Shown here: positions 20,436 to 30,507 of the stretch, one piece after another
Numbering within the stretch: position 1 is the first letter of the stretch
How the letters are laid out: every line of letters starts with the position of its first letter
DNA from: Pandoraea sp.
GTDB lineage: Bacteria; Pseudomonadota; Gammaproteobacteria; Burkholderiales; Burkholderiaceae
NCBI GenBank assembly: GCA_031291335.1
Contig: JARLJF010000092.1
Location: 436-64,435, forward strand
Length of the DNA: 64,000 nt
Direction: 5' to 3'
The notes under the pieces: generated by a model
Database searches by the model: none
The model's input: only the letters and a program-made list of their open reading frames with translations
What the model was told of the DNA's origin: nothing
Made by a program: the position numbers and the translations under genes

Positions 20436-22304
20436 TCAGCCGCGCTTGCCCTGCTTTAATTGCGACAGGTCGCGCACCGCACCGCGGTCGGCCGAGGTGG
20501 CCAGTGCCGCATATGCCTGCAAGGCCTGCGACACCACACGCTCGCGATCCACCGGCTGCCATGCCTTGTCGCCACGGGCTTGCATGGCGGCTCGGCGGCG
20601 GGCCAGTTCCTCGTCGGACACGGCCAGATGCATCTTGCGCTGGGTGATGTCGATCTCGATCACGTCACCGTCTTCCACCAGACCGATGGTGCCGCCCTCT
20701 GCCGCTTCCGGCGAAGCGTGGCCGATCACCAGACCCGACGAACCACCCGAGAAGCGGCCATCCGTGAACAGGGCACACGTTTTGCCCAGACCCTTCGACT
20801 TCAGGTACGACGTCGGGTACAGCATTTCCTGCATGCCCGGGCCGCCCTTCGGACCTTCGTAGCGGATCACGACCACGTCGCCCGCCTGAACCTTGTCGCC
20901 CAGAATGCCTTCAACGGCATCATCCTGGCTCTCGAACACGCGGGCGCGGCCGGTGAAGACCCACTGCGACTCGTCGACACCTGCCGTCTTCACGATGCAG
21001 CCCTTCTCGGCGAGGTTGCCGTACAGCACGGCCAGACCGCCGTCCTTCGTATAGGCGTGTTCCTTGTCGCGGATGCAACCGGTTTCGCGATTCAGATCGA
21101 GCGATGCGTAGGTCGACGACTGGCTGAACGCGATGGTCGTGGGCACACCGCCGGGGGCTGCGCTATAGAACGTGTGAGCCTTGTCGTCTGCGCCGCCTGC
21201 CACGTCCCACTTGGCGATGGCTTCGCCGAGCGTGCCGCTGTGCACGTTGCCGCACGAGGTGTCGAGCAGACCGCCACGCGCGAGTTCACCCAGAATGCCG
21301 ATGATGCCGCCGGCGCGGTGCACGTCTTCGATGTGGTACTTGTCGGTGGCCGGTGCGGCCTTGCACAGACACGGCACCTTGCGCGAGATGCGGTCGATGT
21401 CGGACATCGTGAAGTCGACGCCGGCTTCCTGCGCTGCGGCGAGCAAGTGCAGCACCGTGTTGGTCGAGCCGCCCATGGCGACGTCGAGTGCCATGGCGTT
21501 CTCGAAGGCGGCCTTGGTGGCAACGTTGCGCGGCAGGACCGAGGCGTCGTCTTCCTGATAGTAGCGACGGCACAGATCGACCACGAGACGGCCGGCTTGC
21601 TCGAACAGCCCGCGACGCCAGGCGTGCGTGGCCACGATGGTGCCGTTGCCCGGCAGGGCGAGACCGATGGCTTCGGTCAGACAGTTCATCGAATTGGCGG
21701 TGAACATGCCCGAGCACGAGCCGCACGTCGGGCAGGCGCTGCGCTCGATTTCCGCGACTTCGGCGTCGCTCACCTTCGGGTCGGCCGCCTTGATCATGGC
21801 GTCGATCAGGTCGATCTTGGCGATCACCTGACCGTCACCCGACTTGACCTTGCCCGCTTCCATCGGACCGCCCGAGACGAACACGACCGGAATGTTCAGG
21901 CGCATGGCGGCCATGAGCATGCCCGGGGTGATCTTGTCGCAGTTGGAGATGCAGACCATGGCATCGGCGCAGTGCGCGTTGACCATGTATTCCACCGAGT
22001 CGGCGATCAGCTCGCGCGACGGCAGCGAGTACAGCATGCCGCCGTGACCCATGGCGATACCGTCGTCCACGGCGATGGTGTTGAATTCCTTGGCCACACC
22101 GCCTGCTGCCTCGATCTCCTTGGCCACGACGGCGCCCAGATCGCGCAGGTGGACGTGACCCGGCACGAACTGCGTGAAGGAGTTCACCACGGCGATGATC
22201 GGCTTGCCGAAGTCGTCGTCTGTCATGCCGGTGGCACGCCACAGGGCGCGGGCACCGGCCATGTTGCGGCCGTGGGTGGAGGTGCGGGAACGGTAGTGAG
22301 GCAT
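20436..22304 (-). CDS. ilvD: Dihydroxy-acid dehydratase, E. coli-like [4Fe-4S]-type (622 aa)
   Basis: [43 protein letters not shown] and [18 protein letters not shown] motifs. Confidence 0.95.
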   Translation of the reverse strand: MPHYRSRTSTHGRNMAGARALWRATGMTDDDFGKPIIAVVNSFTQFVPGHVHLRDLGAVVAKEIEAAGGVAKEFNTIAVDDGIAMGHGGMLYSLPSRELIADSVEYMVNAHCADAMVCISNCDKITPGMLMAAMRLNIPVVFVSGGPMEAGKVKSGDGQVIAKIDLIDAMIKAADPKVSDAEVAEIERSACPTCGSCSGMFTANSMNCLTEAIGLALPGNGTIVATHAWRRGLFEQAGRLVVDLCRRYYQEDDASVLPRNVATKAAFENAMALDVAMGGSTNTVLHLLAAAQEAGVDFTMSDIDRISRKVPCLCKAAPATDKYHIEDVHRAGGIIGILGELARGGLLDTSCGNVHSGTLGEAIAKWDVAGGADDKAHTFYSAAPGGVPTTIAFSQSSTYASLDLNRETGCIRDKEHAYTKDGGLAVLYGNLAEKGCIVKTAGVDESQWVFTGRARVFESQDDAVEGILGDKVQAGDVVVIRYEGPKGGPGMQEMLYPTSYLKSKGLGKTCALFTDGRFSGGSSGLVIGHASPEAAEGGTIGLVEDGDVIEIDITQRKMHLAVSDEELARRRAAMQARGDKAWQPVDRERVVSQALQAYAALATSADRGAVRDLSQLKQGKRG

Positions 22305-22514
22305 GGTCGTCTCTGAATCGCTGTGCTTGTGGGATGAACGAAAATCGGGGCCGCCAGGCTTTGTGTTGACTGAATTCGAACTGGATTCGGACGTCTGCGG
22401 GCAAAGCCGCCAACGCCACGGGTCGCGCCAGTGTCGGCCGGACGTCAAGATTCGTCTTTCCTTAGATGCTTGTCAAATATATTATTCAACTCGGATTGAG
22501 TCGAAAAACATATC

Positions 22515-23453
22515 ATGGATCTCCGTCAGTTCAGGTATTTCATTGCGGTGGCCGAAGAGCGCCATTTCGGACGCGCCGCGCAGCGTCTGTCGATGACGCA
22601 ACCCCCGCTGTCGCAGCAGATCCGGGCATTGGAGGCGTCGTTGGGGGCGCCGCTGTTCGTACGGACGAACCGATCCGTGGAGTTGACGGCTGTGGGCCGT
22701 CAGTTGCTGCCCGAGGTGCGGCGCATTCTGGCCGATGCGGATGCACTGCCCGCGCTCGCGCAAGGACTGGCGCACGGCGAAGTGGGTACGCTCTCGCTGG
22801 GTTTCGTCTCGACGGCGGACTACGGCATTCTGCCGCCCCTGCTGCGGCAGTTCGGCGAGCGATACCCGCGTGTGCGCCTGCAATTGCTTGAGGCGACGAG
22901 CGACGTGCAGGTCGAAGCGCTCATGGACGGTCGCATCGACGCGGGTCTCTTCATCCCGCCAGTGCCCGCGCGTTACGCCAACGAACTCTCCTACCTGCCG
23001 ATCGTGCGTGAGCCACTGATGCTGGCGCTACCCGCCGGGCGGGGTGACGCTGCCGATGCACAGTCGGGGCAGCCGGGTGAGCCGGTGAGTCTGGCGGACT
23101 TTGCCGACGAGCCGCTCGTCATCTTCCCGCGCCGGGTGGCACCGGCGTTCTACGACATCATCATGGGCTGCTACGCCGCGCTTGGCCTCACGCCGCGCGT
23201 GGGGCAGGAGGCGATTCAGATGCAGACGATCGTGAGTCTGGTGTCGGCGGGCATGGGCGTTGCGCTGGTGCCGCAGTCGCTATGTCATCTGCGACGCACC
23301 GGCGTGACCTATCGTGCGCTGCGCGAGACCAGCACGTTGATCGAGACCGGTTTGCTCTGGCGTACGGCGGAAGTCACGCCAGTGCTCGAAGGCTTTCTGG
23401 AGACGGCGCGCGGTGTCGCGCATACGCCGCCGGGGGCGACGCTCTCGACCTGA
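22515..23453 (+). CDS. LysR family transcriptional regulator divergent from ilvD
   Basis: MDLRQFRYFIAVAEERHFGRAAQRLSMTQPPLSQQI HTH; LVSAGMGVALVP motif. Confidence 0.93.
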   Translation: MDLRQFRYFIAVAEERHFGRAAQRLSMTQPPLSQQIRALEASLGAPLFVRTNRSVELTAVGRQLLPEVRRILADADALPALAQGLAHGEVGTLSLGFVSTADYGILPPLLRQFGERYPRVRLQLLEATSDVQVEALMDGRIDAGLFIPPVPARYANELSYLPIVREPLMLALPAGRGDAADAQSGQPGEPVSLADFADEPLVIFPRRVAPAFYDIIMGCYAALGLTPRVGQEAIQMQTIVSLVSAGMGVALVPQSLCHLRRTGVTYRALRETSTLIETGLLWRTAEVTPVLEGFLETARGVAHTPPGATLST

Positions 23454-23708
23454 TCGTTAGTGACGCGCGTGCAGGCATGTCACGGGTTGTCCATGAGGGT
23501 TCGAACGGGCCAGCCTGCCGTCAGCCTGCCGCGGGGAAGGGCGCTCGTGTTATTGTGCTGCCCATCCCAATGCACGTCGTGGCGGCCTCAGGTGGGGGGC
23601 AATGTCTGGTGTGTCGCACGGTGGCAGTCACTGACGGCAAGGTTTCGCGTTGAGCGTGTCGCCAGCGCGCTGACGGAACTTTTGTTCACGAATCGATTCT
23701 TCTGATCC

Positions 23709-24602
23709 ATGCTGATTCATCCTCAATTCGACCCGGTCGCGATTCATCTCGGCCCGCTCGCCATCCGCTGGTACGGCCTGATGTATCTGGTCGGTTTCAT
23801 CCTGTTCCTGCTCGTGGGGCGGCTGCGCGTGCGTCAGCCATCCATCGCGGCGCAAGGCTGGAAGGCGCAGGATCTCGACGACATGCTGTTCTATGGCGTG
23901 CTTGGCGTGATTCTCGGCGGACGCCTCGGCTACGTGATCTTCTACAAGCTGTCGTTCTATCTGGCGAATCCGCTCGACATCTTCAAGGTGTGGGAAGGCG
24001 GCATGTCGTTCCACGGCGGCTTCCTTGGTGTGCTCGTCGCCATGTGGTTGTTCACACGCCGTCGCGGCCATTCGCTGCTCGAAGGCACCGATCTCATTGC
24101 ACCGATGATTCCGCTGGGGCTCGCCGCCGGCCGTCTGGGCAATTTCATCAATGGTGAGTTGTGGGGGCGCGTGACGTCGCCCGATTCACGCTTTGCGATG
24201 TTGTTCCCGCAGGCCGCTGCCGAAGACGCGCAGTGGGTGTTTGCGCATCCGCAGGCGATGGCCGATCACGCGATGGCGATGGTGTTCGCCCAGTTCCACG
24301 GACTGCCGCGTTATCCGTCGCAGTTGTTCGAAGTCGCGCTCGAGGGCGTGGCGCTGTTCCTGCTGCTGTGGTTCTTCTCGCGGCGCGCGCGTCCGGTGGG
24401 CGCAGTGTCCGGTATGTTCCTGGTCGGCTACGGTGCGTTCCGCTTCCTCGCTGAATTCACGCGTGAGCCCGACGCGTTCCTTGGCCTGCTCTCGTTCGGC
24501 CTGTCGATGGGCCAATGGCTGTCGCTGCCGATGGTGGTGGCGGGCGTCATCATGCTCGTGTGGTCGTATCGCCGCACGCGCGGGGTTCCGGCCCATGGCT
24601 GA
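23709..24602 (+). CDS. lgt: Prolipoprotein diacylglyceryl transferase
   Basis: [36 protein letters not shown] and EFTREPD motifs. Confidence 0.96.
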   Translation: MLIHPQFDPVAIHLGPLAIRWYGLMYLVGFILFLLVGRLRVRQPSIAAQGWKAQDLDDMLFYGVLGVILGGRLGYVIFYKLSFYLANPLDIFKVWEGGMSFHGGFLGVLVAMWLFTRRRGHSLLEGTDLIAPMIPLGLAAGRLGNFINGELWGRVTSPDSRFAMLFPQAAAEDAQWVFAHPQAMADHAMAMVFAQFHGLPRYPSQLFEVALEGVALFLLLWFFSRRARPVGAVSGMFLVGYGAFRFLAEFTREPDAFLGLLSFGLSMGQWLSLPMVVAGVIMLVWSYRRTRGVPAHG

Positions 24603-24669
24603 GGGCTCGCGCTAACGCTGCCGTCGCGCGGATTCAGGACCGCGACGGTTCTGACCGACTGACTTACCT

Positions 24670-24701
24670 ACGGGGCTGCCATTGGCAGCCCCGTTTCGTT
24701 T
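24670..24701 (+). terminator. Probable intrinsic terminator after lgt
   Basis: ACGGGGCTGCC-ATT-GGCAGCCCCGT followed by TTCGTTT. Confidence 0.65.
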
Positions 24702-24840
24702 CGGACGCCTCCTATAGCGCAATGCCGAAGGTTTGTAGCATCCTCCAAAGGTGCATGGTGGTGGGCCGGATAACGTCAGCCTCCCAAACATTCCTGCAGG
24801 CTCCGTGAAGCGGAACTGCGGGCAGCCTGGAGGCATTCGC

Positions 24841-26880
24841 ATGGGGCGTGTTAGTGGTGGCCTACCTTTTGGCGGAACGAACAGTTGCGCGAGCGATTTT
24901 GGTAGACCGTTACCTGATCGCGATTCGCTGGGGAAGTTGAATGCGGCAGATTCGACGAGTCGGCTATTGGATTCGGACGCCGCTCGCGAGCTTCGGGGTG
25001 ATTTCGCGGGGGCACGTCAGGGCCGGGCTGAGTCGCCAACGATGGCACACGGCCAATCGCCGTGTCGGTTGCCAGTCACGGAACCCGGCACCGGTGCAGC
25101 GCTAGGCAGAGCGTTCGAAGGGATGAAGGCGAGACGGGCGTCCGCGCCGGCAATGATTCCTGCCGCGCGTGACGTGACGCTTGGCGATACCTTCCCCGTT
25201 CGTTACGTTCTGCCTTCGCCTGGGCCCGGGGGGGCGGCGGCACAAACGACGGCACAAGCGACGGAGTCTGCGCCGAGCGTTGGCGAACAGGAGCCTCCCG
25301 CTTTCTGGCGCTTCGACGCGACGCGTCGTTGTTGGGGCGAAGTCACGCACCGTGCTCATTCCAATAGCGACGTTCACAGCGCGCCGTTGCAGCTAGCGGA
25401 CGCTACCCGTTTGCGTATGTCCGCGAACGCCGTGTCGCGGTATCGCATGCCGGTGTTGCATGACCAGTTCAAGCACGAAGGGGGGGCCCTCTCGAAACTG
25501 GAATGGGTGACGAGCAAAGACGATATCGGCAACGACGTCAATCTGGTCGAGTTGAGTTCGCCGTTCAACGGCGCTCTCGCGGTGCCGGAACGCATCTCGC
25601 TGCATGTGTCGTCCGACGCCCCGGGTGTCGTCAAAGGACTGGCACCGTGCGGCTTCGATGGCGCACAACGCACGATGACATTCGAGTCCCCGTACGGCAT
25701 GTATTTCAAAGCGGACGGCAGCATGCGTGCCATGATCGACTTCATGGGCTGGCACTACCGGTTTGATCCGTCGGGGTTGGGAGTGGGGGCGATGCAAGGC
25801 GGGCTCGTGCAGGAGAGCGATGACGACGCTGGTGAGTTTGCCTTGGCGGGAGCGCTAATTGCCAAGATGCAGGAGCTTGCTCCGATTTATCTGCCGCTGG
25901 ACAAGCCGTCGTTGCCTGGACGTCTGGATGTTGCGTGGGTGAAAGACGACGAGACCCTGTCCCGTTACTTTCGCGGAGCGGGCAAGCGGTTGACGAGGCA
26001 GCTTGGGACCATGATCGGCTTGCTGCGGGACGACCATCGCCGCGCCGCGACGGTGGCGAAGATCTATCGCAATTTTGTGTCGAGCCCGGCCGACGTGGTG
26101 ACCCTGATTCGTACACAACGAGACATGTTGGAGCAGCGGCGCAGCGACCTTGAAACCGCATTTTCGAATCAAGACAGCCTGACCGTCGTCTGCAAGTTTT
26201 CCGATGTGGTGAAGGGGGCGAGCGGGATGACGACCGCTACCATCAATGCGCTTCCGTATTCCACGCTATACGGCATGCCCACGATTTCCGTTTCGCGAGA
26301 CGTCGTGGCGAGAGCGCGCTTGGGCGCTTCCGACGAAAACGATGCCGAGCGACAGTATCTGCTCGATGTCATCTTCCATGAATGTGGGCACGCCGCAGCC
26401 GACTGGTCCGATGACTTGACCTTGACGCGCCCGGGGGCTGCGGGTCAGGCGAGTCAGGTGAGTGGCGCGGAGGGGGCCGACAGTCCGGTATTGAAGAGCG
26501 TCTACTACAACGATCGACATTTCATTCCGAGGTATCGACACAACAAACCGTCGCTTAATGAGCCTGCCGCGGGTCCCTTTGCTGTGCTGGACAAGTACTG
26601 CGAAAAGTTGAAGCGGGGCAGCATTGAATCGGTGGCTCACCTTGCGTCGTTCAACCATTTGACCCGCACGCTGCTCCTGCTAGTCAACGCTGGCCGGGAA
26701 GATGTTCTTGAGGGACTGCTCGATGGCAGCAGTCTCGAGTTCTGTCGCAGCACAGCTGCCGAAGCGATTTTTGCGCACGAGAATCAGGGGATGAGAGTCG
26801 CAACGCCTGATTGGCGCGACAGACTTCGATCCTCCGGTTATGTCAATTTTGCACGGTCGTTCGACAGCCTCGACGTGTGA
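24841..26880 (+). CDS. Hypothetical protein with C-terminal HExxH zinc-metallopeptidase-like motif
   Basis: Long ORF (open from 24751); ATG 24841 follows GGAGG; DVIFHECGHAAADWSDD with HECGH at 26377-26391. Confidence 0.65.
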   Translation: MGRVSGGLPFGGTNSCASDFGRPLPDRDSLGKLNAADSTSRLLDSDAARELRGDFAGARQGRAESPTMAHGQSPCRLPVTEPGTGAALGRAFEGMKARRASAPAMIPAARDVTLGDTFPVRYVLPSPGPGGAAAQTTAQATESAPSVGEQEPPAFWRFDATRRCWGEVTHRAHSNSDVHSAPLQLADATRLRMSANAVSRYRMPVLHDQFKHEGGALSKLEWVTSKDDIGNDVNLVELSSPFNGALAVPERISLHVSSDAPGVVKGLAPCGFDGAQRTMTFESPYGMYFKADGSMRAMIDFMGWHYRFDPSGLGVGAMQGGLVQESDDDAGEFALAGALIAKMQELAPIYLPLDKPSLPGRLDVAWVKDDETLSRYFRGAGKRLTRQLGTMIGLLRDDHRRAATVAKIYRNFVSSPADVVTLIRTQRDMLEQRRSDLETAFSNQDSLTVVCKFSDVVKGASGMTTATINALPYSTLYGMPTISVSRDVVARARLGASDENDAERQYLLDVIFHECGHAAADWSDDLTLTRPGAAGQASQVSGAEGADSPVLKSVYYNDRHFIPRYRHNKPSLNEPAAGPFAVLDKYCEKLKRGSIESVAHLASFNHLTRTLLLLVNAGREDVLEGLLDGSSLEFCRSTAAEAIFAHENQGMRVATPDWRDRLRSSGYVNFARSFDSLDV

Positions 26881-26946
26881 CGCCCGGCGTTGCACGTCGC
26901 TGGAAATCGCATCCGCACCGTTTGATCCGAATCATTCTTTGATCTC

Positions 26947-28425
26947 ATGAGGGTACCGATGTTTCCACTCCTTAATACCTTGGTAGGCAGGAATTCGCCC
27001 GATGGATCGAGTTCGTCGTCCGATGCAACGAACATGGATGAGGTGCTCGATAGCGCGCTCAGACGTTTGGCGCGTTTTCGTTCTTCGGGAATCGCGGATT
27101 CGCCGATAGAGATGGCGGCCGCCAATGCCGTGTTGGCGCTCCCGCTTGACCAGTGGAGCGTCGATGGCCTGCGCACGTTGGGCATCGATGCAATCACGGC
27201 GGGAATCTTGCTGACAGCACTTCGCAAACTGCCCGAGTCGACCTGGGAGGATCTTCTCTATGCCATGTCTGAGGTGGGGCCGGATGATGTGCTGGCGGCA
27301 TTGCACCGGGATATGGCCGGTGAGACTGGTCCCAACAACATGCCGGTGATGCTGGGACTCATTGCCAGCGCGTTGGAAATGGGCGGACTAGCGGATTTGA
27401 CGTGTCGCAGTTCGTCGGGCGACGTGACGCTTTTGCGTGCCGTGATCGATGCGTTTTCGGGTGAGTTCGCCGTCACCCAGCGAGGGGCCGAGGTGGCGAG
27501 CGATGCGGCAGGCATGTTGCTCGATGCCGGTGCCAGTATCACCGCACGCACCTTTGGCGGCGTGCCGGTGCTCCCCTACGCGGTATGCCGTGGCGTGCCG
27601 ATCGCGTTACTCACCTCGCTACTCGATGCCGGGGCGAATCCCAATGAGCCCGTTGGGGGAGCGGGCGCGGCACATTCACGAAATCACGGTGTCGTGCCGA
27701 CGGCCGACTCGCCGCTCACAGGTACCGCGTACCTGGCGGGCGGCACGGCGATGCATCATGCGGCAATCGTCGGGAGTTACGACGCCATGACCTTGCTGAT
27801 GAGCGAAGGCGGACGACTCGACGTGAAATCTCATGAGGGGTACGTCCCACTGTCCGTCGCGGGGGCAACGACAACGCGCACGAGTCATCCGCCGCACCGC
27901 ATGGTTGACCGTACGTGTATGGCCGCAGCGGTGTGGTTGCTCTATTACCCTGCGCAATCGGCCAACGTTCCTTCGCACAAAGAACGGCGGAGGTACGGCG
28001 AGTTCATGATGCAGGTGCTCGCGATACGTCTGGAAGAGGCCGGGTTGACGGTGACGGCCAGCGAGCTTGATCTTTATCGCTGTACGGCCTCCGAACTGGC
28101 CCGACTCGGCTGTGACCTTCGTGATGCGCTTTCACGGCGGCCGTCCTGGGGCGGTGCAACATTCGGCCGACGCGTCGCGGCCTCTGCGGACCGGGCGCTG
28201 ATCGAACTGAACAAAGTGGTGGGCGGTAGTCGGGAACGGCGAGAGCGCGTCGCGCAGTGGGGCGCGGTCAAGCAAATGATGGTGGATCTGAGCGCAGAAA
28301 ATCCGGTGTACATCAGTCTCGATCCGGCGCTGGATACCGGGCGCGCTGTTTGGCCGATCAAGCGTGCCACCGACGGGTCGCTGCCTGGCGATACCGAACA
28401 GCAGCGCCGTCGCTCTGCGTATTGA
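26947..28425 (+). CDS. Ankyrin repeat-containing protein
   Basis: LLDAGASIT, LLDAGANPN and GGTAMHHAAIVGSYDAMTLLMSEGGRLDVKSHEGYVPL ankyrin-type repeats. Confidence 0.75.
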   Translation: MRVPMFPLLNTLVGRNSPDGSSSSSDATNMDEVLDSALRRLARFRSSGIADSPIEMAAANAVLALPLDQWSVDGLRTLGIDAITAGILLTALRKLPESTWEDLLYAMSEVGPDDVLAALHRDMAGETGPNNMPVMLGLIASALEMGGLADLTCRSSSGDVTLLRAVIDAFSGEFAVTQRGAEVASDAAGMLLDAGASITARTFGGVPVLPYAVCRGVPIALLTSLLDAGANPNEPVGGAGAAHSRNHGVVPTADSPLTGTAYLAGGTAMHHAAIVGSYDAMTLLMSEGGRLDVKSHEGYVPLSVAGATTTRTSHPPHRMVDRTCMAAAVWLLYYPAQSANVPSHKERRRYGEFMMQVLAIRLEEAGLTVTASELDLYRCTASELARLGCDLRDALSRRPSWGGATFGRRVAASADRALIELNKVVGGSRERRERVAQWGAVKQMMVDLSAENPVYISLDPALDTGRAVWPIKRATDGSLPGDTEQQRRRSAY

Positions 28426-28449
28426 CGCGAGCGGGCGAAGTCCCGCAGT

Positions 28450-29121
28450 TCACCCGGCGCGTCGTTCCAGCGCGCGCAGCGATGCCATCAGATCGGCGAA
28501 ACGTTCGCCCTGCACGGTGACGTGGCCGCGAAGGTGTTCCGATGCGGCGTCGGCGTTGCCTGCCTCGATGGCGCGAAACACGGCGTCATGCTCCGAGAAC
28601 GACTGGTTCGGCCGGTCACGTACACGCAGTTGCAAACGACGATAGACGCGCAATCGCCGATGCAGTTGCAACGCCGTTTCCTGCAGGTAGGCGTTGTGAC
28701 TGGCCTGATAGATCAACGCATGAAAGCGCGCGTTGACTTCGTAATAGGTGTCGATGTCTCGTGCCTCGGCTGCCGCCCGGCTGGCTTCATGCGTTTCGCG
28801 CAACTCCGCCAACTCGTCTTCGGTGATGCGACGCGCAGCCAGCCGTGCGCACATCGATTCCAGTTCGGCCATCACCTCGAACATTTCACATAGCCGCTGC
28901 GGATCGATCTGCGCGACCACCGCGCCTCGCCGGGGCCGGATCTCGATCACGCCCGACGACGCCAATTGAATCAATGCCTCGCGCAGGGGCGTGCGCGACA
29001 CACCGAACGCGCTCGCCAACTCGACCTCGTCGAGCCGCATGCCGGGCGGGTACTCGCCCACGGCAATCTTCTCTTCGATCGCCTGTCGCAGCGCTTCCGA
29101 TCGCTTCGGTTTTACGGTCAT
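28450..29121 (-). CDS. GntR/FCD family regulator (MatR-like)
   Basis: FGVSRTPLREAL wHTH; NARFH and EH FCD motifs; divergent from the malonate operon. Confidence 0.9.
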   Translation of the reverse strand: MTVKPKRSEALRQAIEEKIAVGEYPPGMRLDEVELASAFGVSRTPLREALIQLASSGVIEIRPRRGAVVAQIDPQRLCEMFEVMAELESMCARLAARRITEDELAELRETHEASRAAAEARDIDTYYEVNARFHALIYQASHNAYLQETALQLHRRLRVYRRLQLRVRDRPNQSFSEHDAVFRAIEAGNADAASEHLRGHVTVQGERFADLMASLRALERRAG

Positions 29122-29251
29122 GACGCTCTCGCTCGGTCGTGTTTCGGTCCCGTCAAACGGGGCTGAGGTGGGGCCATCGTTGCCAAAGTACCGCGTGAAC
29201 CCCGTGTTGAAGATCGGGGTTAACGCCGAAAATGTATTTTTTAAGCGGTCG

Positions 29252-29265
29252 ATTTGTATACACGA
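29252..29265. promoter_or_regulatory. Putative GntR (MatR-type) operator ATTTGTATACACGA
   Basis: TGTATACA palindrome in the divergent gap, fitting the GntR GT-N-AC dyad pattern. Confidence 0.65.
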
Positions 29266-29460
29266 CGATGGATTAACTATACGATTTCAATCCGAGAGCG
29301 GCAACTCGCGCACTCGAAACACTAAAAAATAAAGCAGTCATCCGTACATGCAGTGCCGGCGAACCGGTGGTGCACCCGGGGCGTGTCTTCGACGCGTGCC
29401 GGGCGATGTCAGGCACCGGGCTTCGCTGGTTCATCACTGACAGAAGTCACAGGAGACGCC

Positions 29461-30507
29461 ATGGAGACAACTCTTTCCCCGCTGCGGCGGCAACTCATGC
29501 TCGGTGCCGCTTCGGCACTCGTGACCGGTGGTCTGGCCAGCCCGTGGGGCAGTGCATTCGCACAGACCGGCCCCCTCAAGATTTCCCATCAATTCCCTGG
29601 CGGTACCCTCACCGAGGGCGATTTCCGCGACCGGCTATGCCGCAAGTTCGCGCAGGAAGTCGAGAAACGCACCAACGGCTCGCTCAAGTTTCAGGTCTAC
29701 CCGGGCAGCTCGCTCATGAAGACCAACGCGCAGTTCTCGGCGCTGCGTCGCGGGGCGCTCGATCTTTCGCTCTATCCACTGCCCTATGCGGGCGGGGAAG
29801 TGCGCGAACTCAACATCGGTTTAATGCCGGGACTGGTGACGTCCTACGCGCAGGGCACCGCCTGGCGCAACGGCGAAATCGGCAAGGTACTCACGGATGT
29901 GCTCGCCGAGAAGAACATCGTGATCGTGAGCTGGGTCTGGCAGGCGGGGGGGGTGGCCAGCCGTTCCAGGCCGCTGGTGACGCCCGAAGACGCCAAGGGC
30001 CTCAAGGTGCGCGGCGGCAGTCGCGAGATGGATATGATGCTCAAGGAGGCCGGTGCGGCCGTCATCTCGCTGCCGTCGAACGAACTCTATGCCGCCATGC
30101 AGACAGGCGCGATGGATGCGGCGATGACGTCGTCGACCAGCCTGATGTCGTTCCGTCTCGAAGAGGTGTCGAAGCATCTGACCACCGGACGCAACAAGTC
30201 GTACTGGTTCATGCTCGAGCCGCTGCTCATGTCCAAGCAGATCTTCGACAAGCTGCCGAAAGATCAGCAGCAGGTGATTCTGCAAGTCGGCGCGGAGCTG
30301 GAGTCGTTCGGTACGGAAGCGGCCAAGGCCGACGATGCGCAGATCGCGAGCGTCTACACCAAGGCTGGCGCGAAGGTCTATGACCTCGACGAGGCGACGG
30401 TGATGAAGTGGCGCGACATTGCACGGCGCACCGCGTGGAAGGACTACGCGAGCAAGTCGGACACATGCGCGAAATTGCTCGCGCTGGCCGAGAAGGTGCC
30501 TGCATGA
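29461..30507 (+). CDS. dctP: TRAP transporter substrate-binding protein (DctP/MatP-like), Tat-type signal
   Basis: LRRQLML...AFA signal; QVYPGSSL, KGLKVR and ELYAAMQTG motifs. Confidence 0.9.
   Translation: METTLSPLRRQLMLGAASALVTGGLASPWGSAFAQTGPLKISHQFPGGTLTEGDFRDRLCRKFAQEVEKRTNGSLKFQVYPGSSLMKTNAQFSALRRGALDLSLYPLPYAGGEVRELNIGLMPGLVTSYAQGTAWRNGEIGKVLTDVLAEKNIVIVSWVWQAGGVASRSRPLVTPEDAKGLKVRGGSREMDMMLKEAGAAVISLPSNELYAAMQTGAMDAAMTSSTSLMSFRLEEVSKHLTTGRNKSYWFMLEPLLMSKQIFDKLPKDQQQVILQVGAELESFGTEAAKADDAQIASVYTKAGAKVYDLDEATVMKWRDIARRTAWKDYASKSDTCAKLLALAEKVPA

Noticed and set aside
20460-22316. Long antisense ORFs over ilvD (also over pepA, the other ilvD, gyrA, rpsA and lapB/ugd)
   Set aside because: Shadow ORFs of well-supported genes, with Arg/His/Val-rich non-protein composition.
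24301-24333. Lgt RYPSQLFE in place of RHPSQLYE
   Set aside because: All principal Lgt motifs are intact and, to my recollection, Tyr occurs at this site in other Lgt proteins; not evidence of changed function.
24690-24840. PIP/hrpII box (TTCG-N16-TTCG) upstream of the orphan genes
   Set aside because: TTCG words are present but not at 16-bp spacing here or upstream of 1139.
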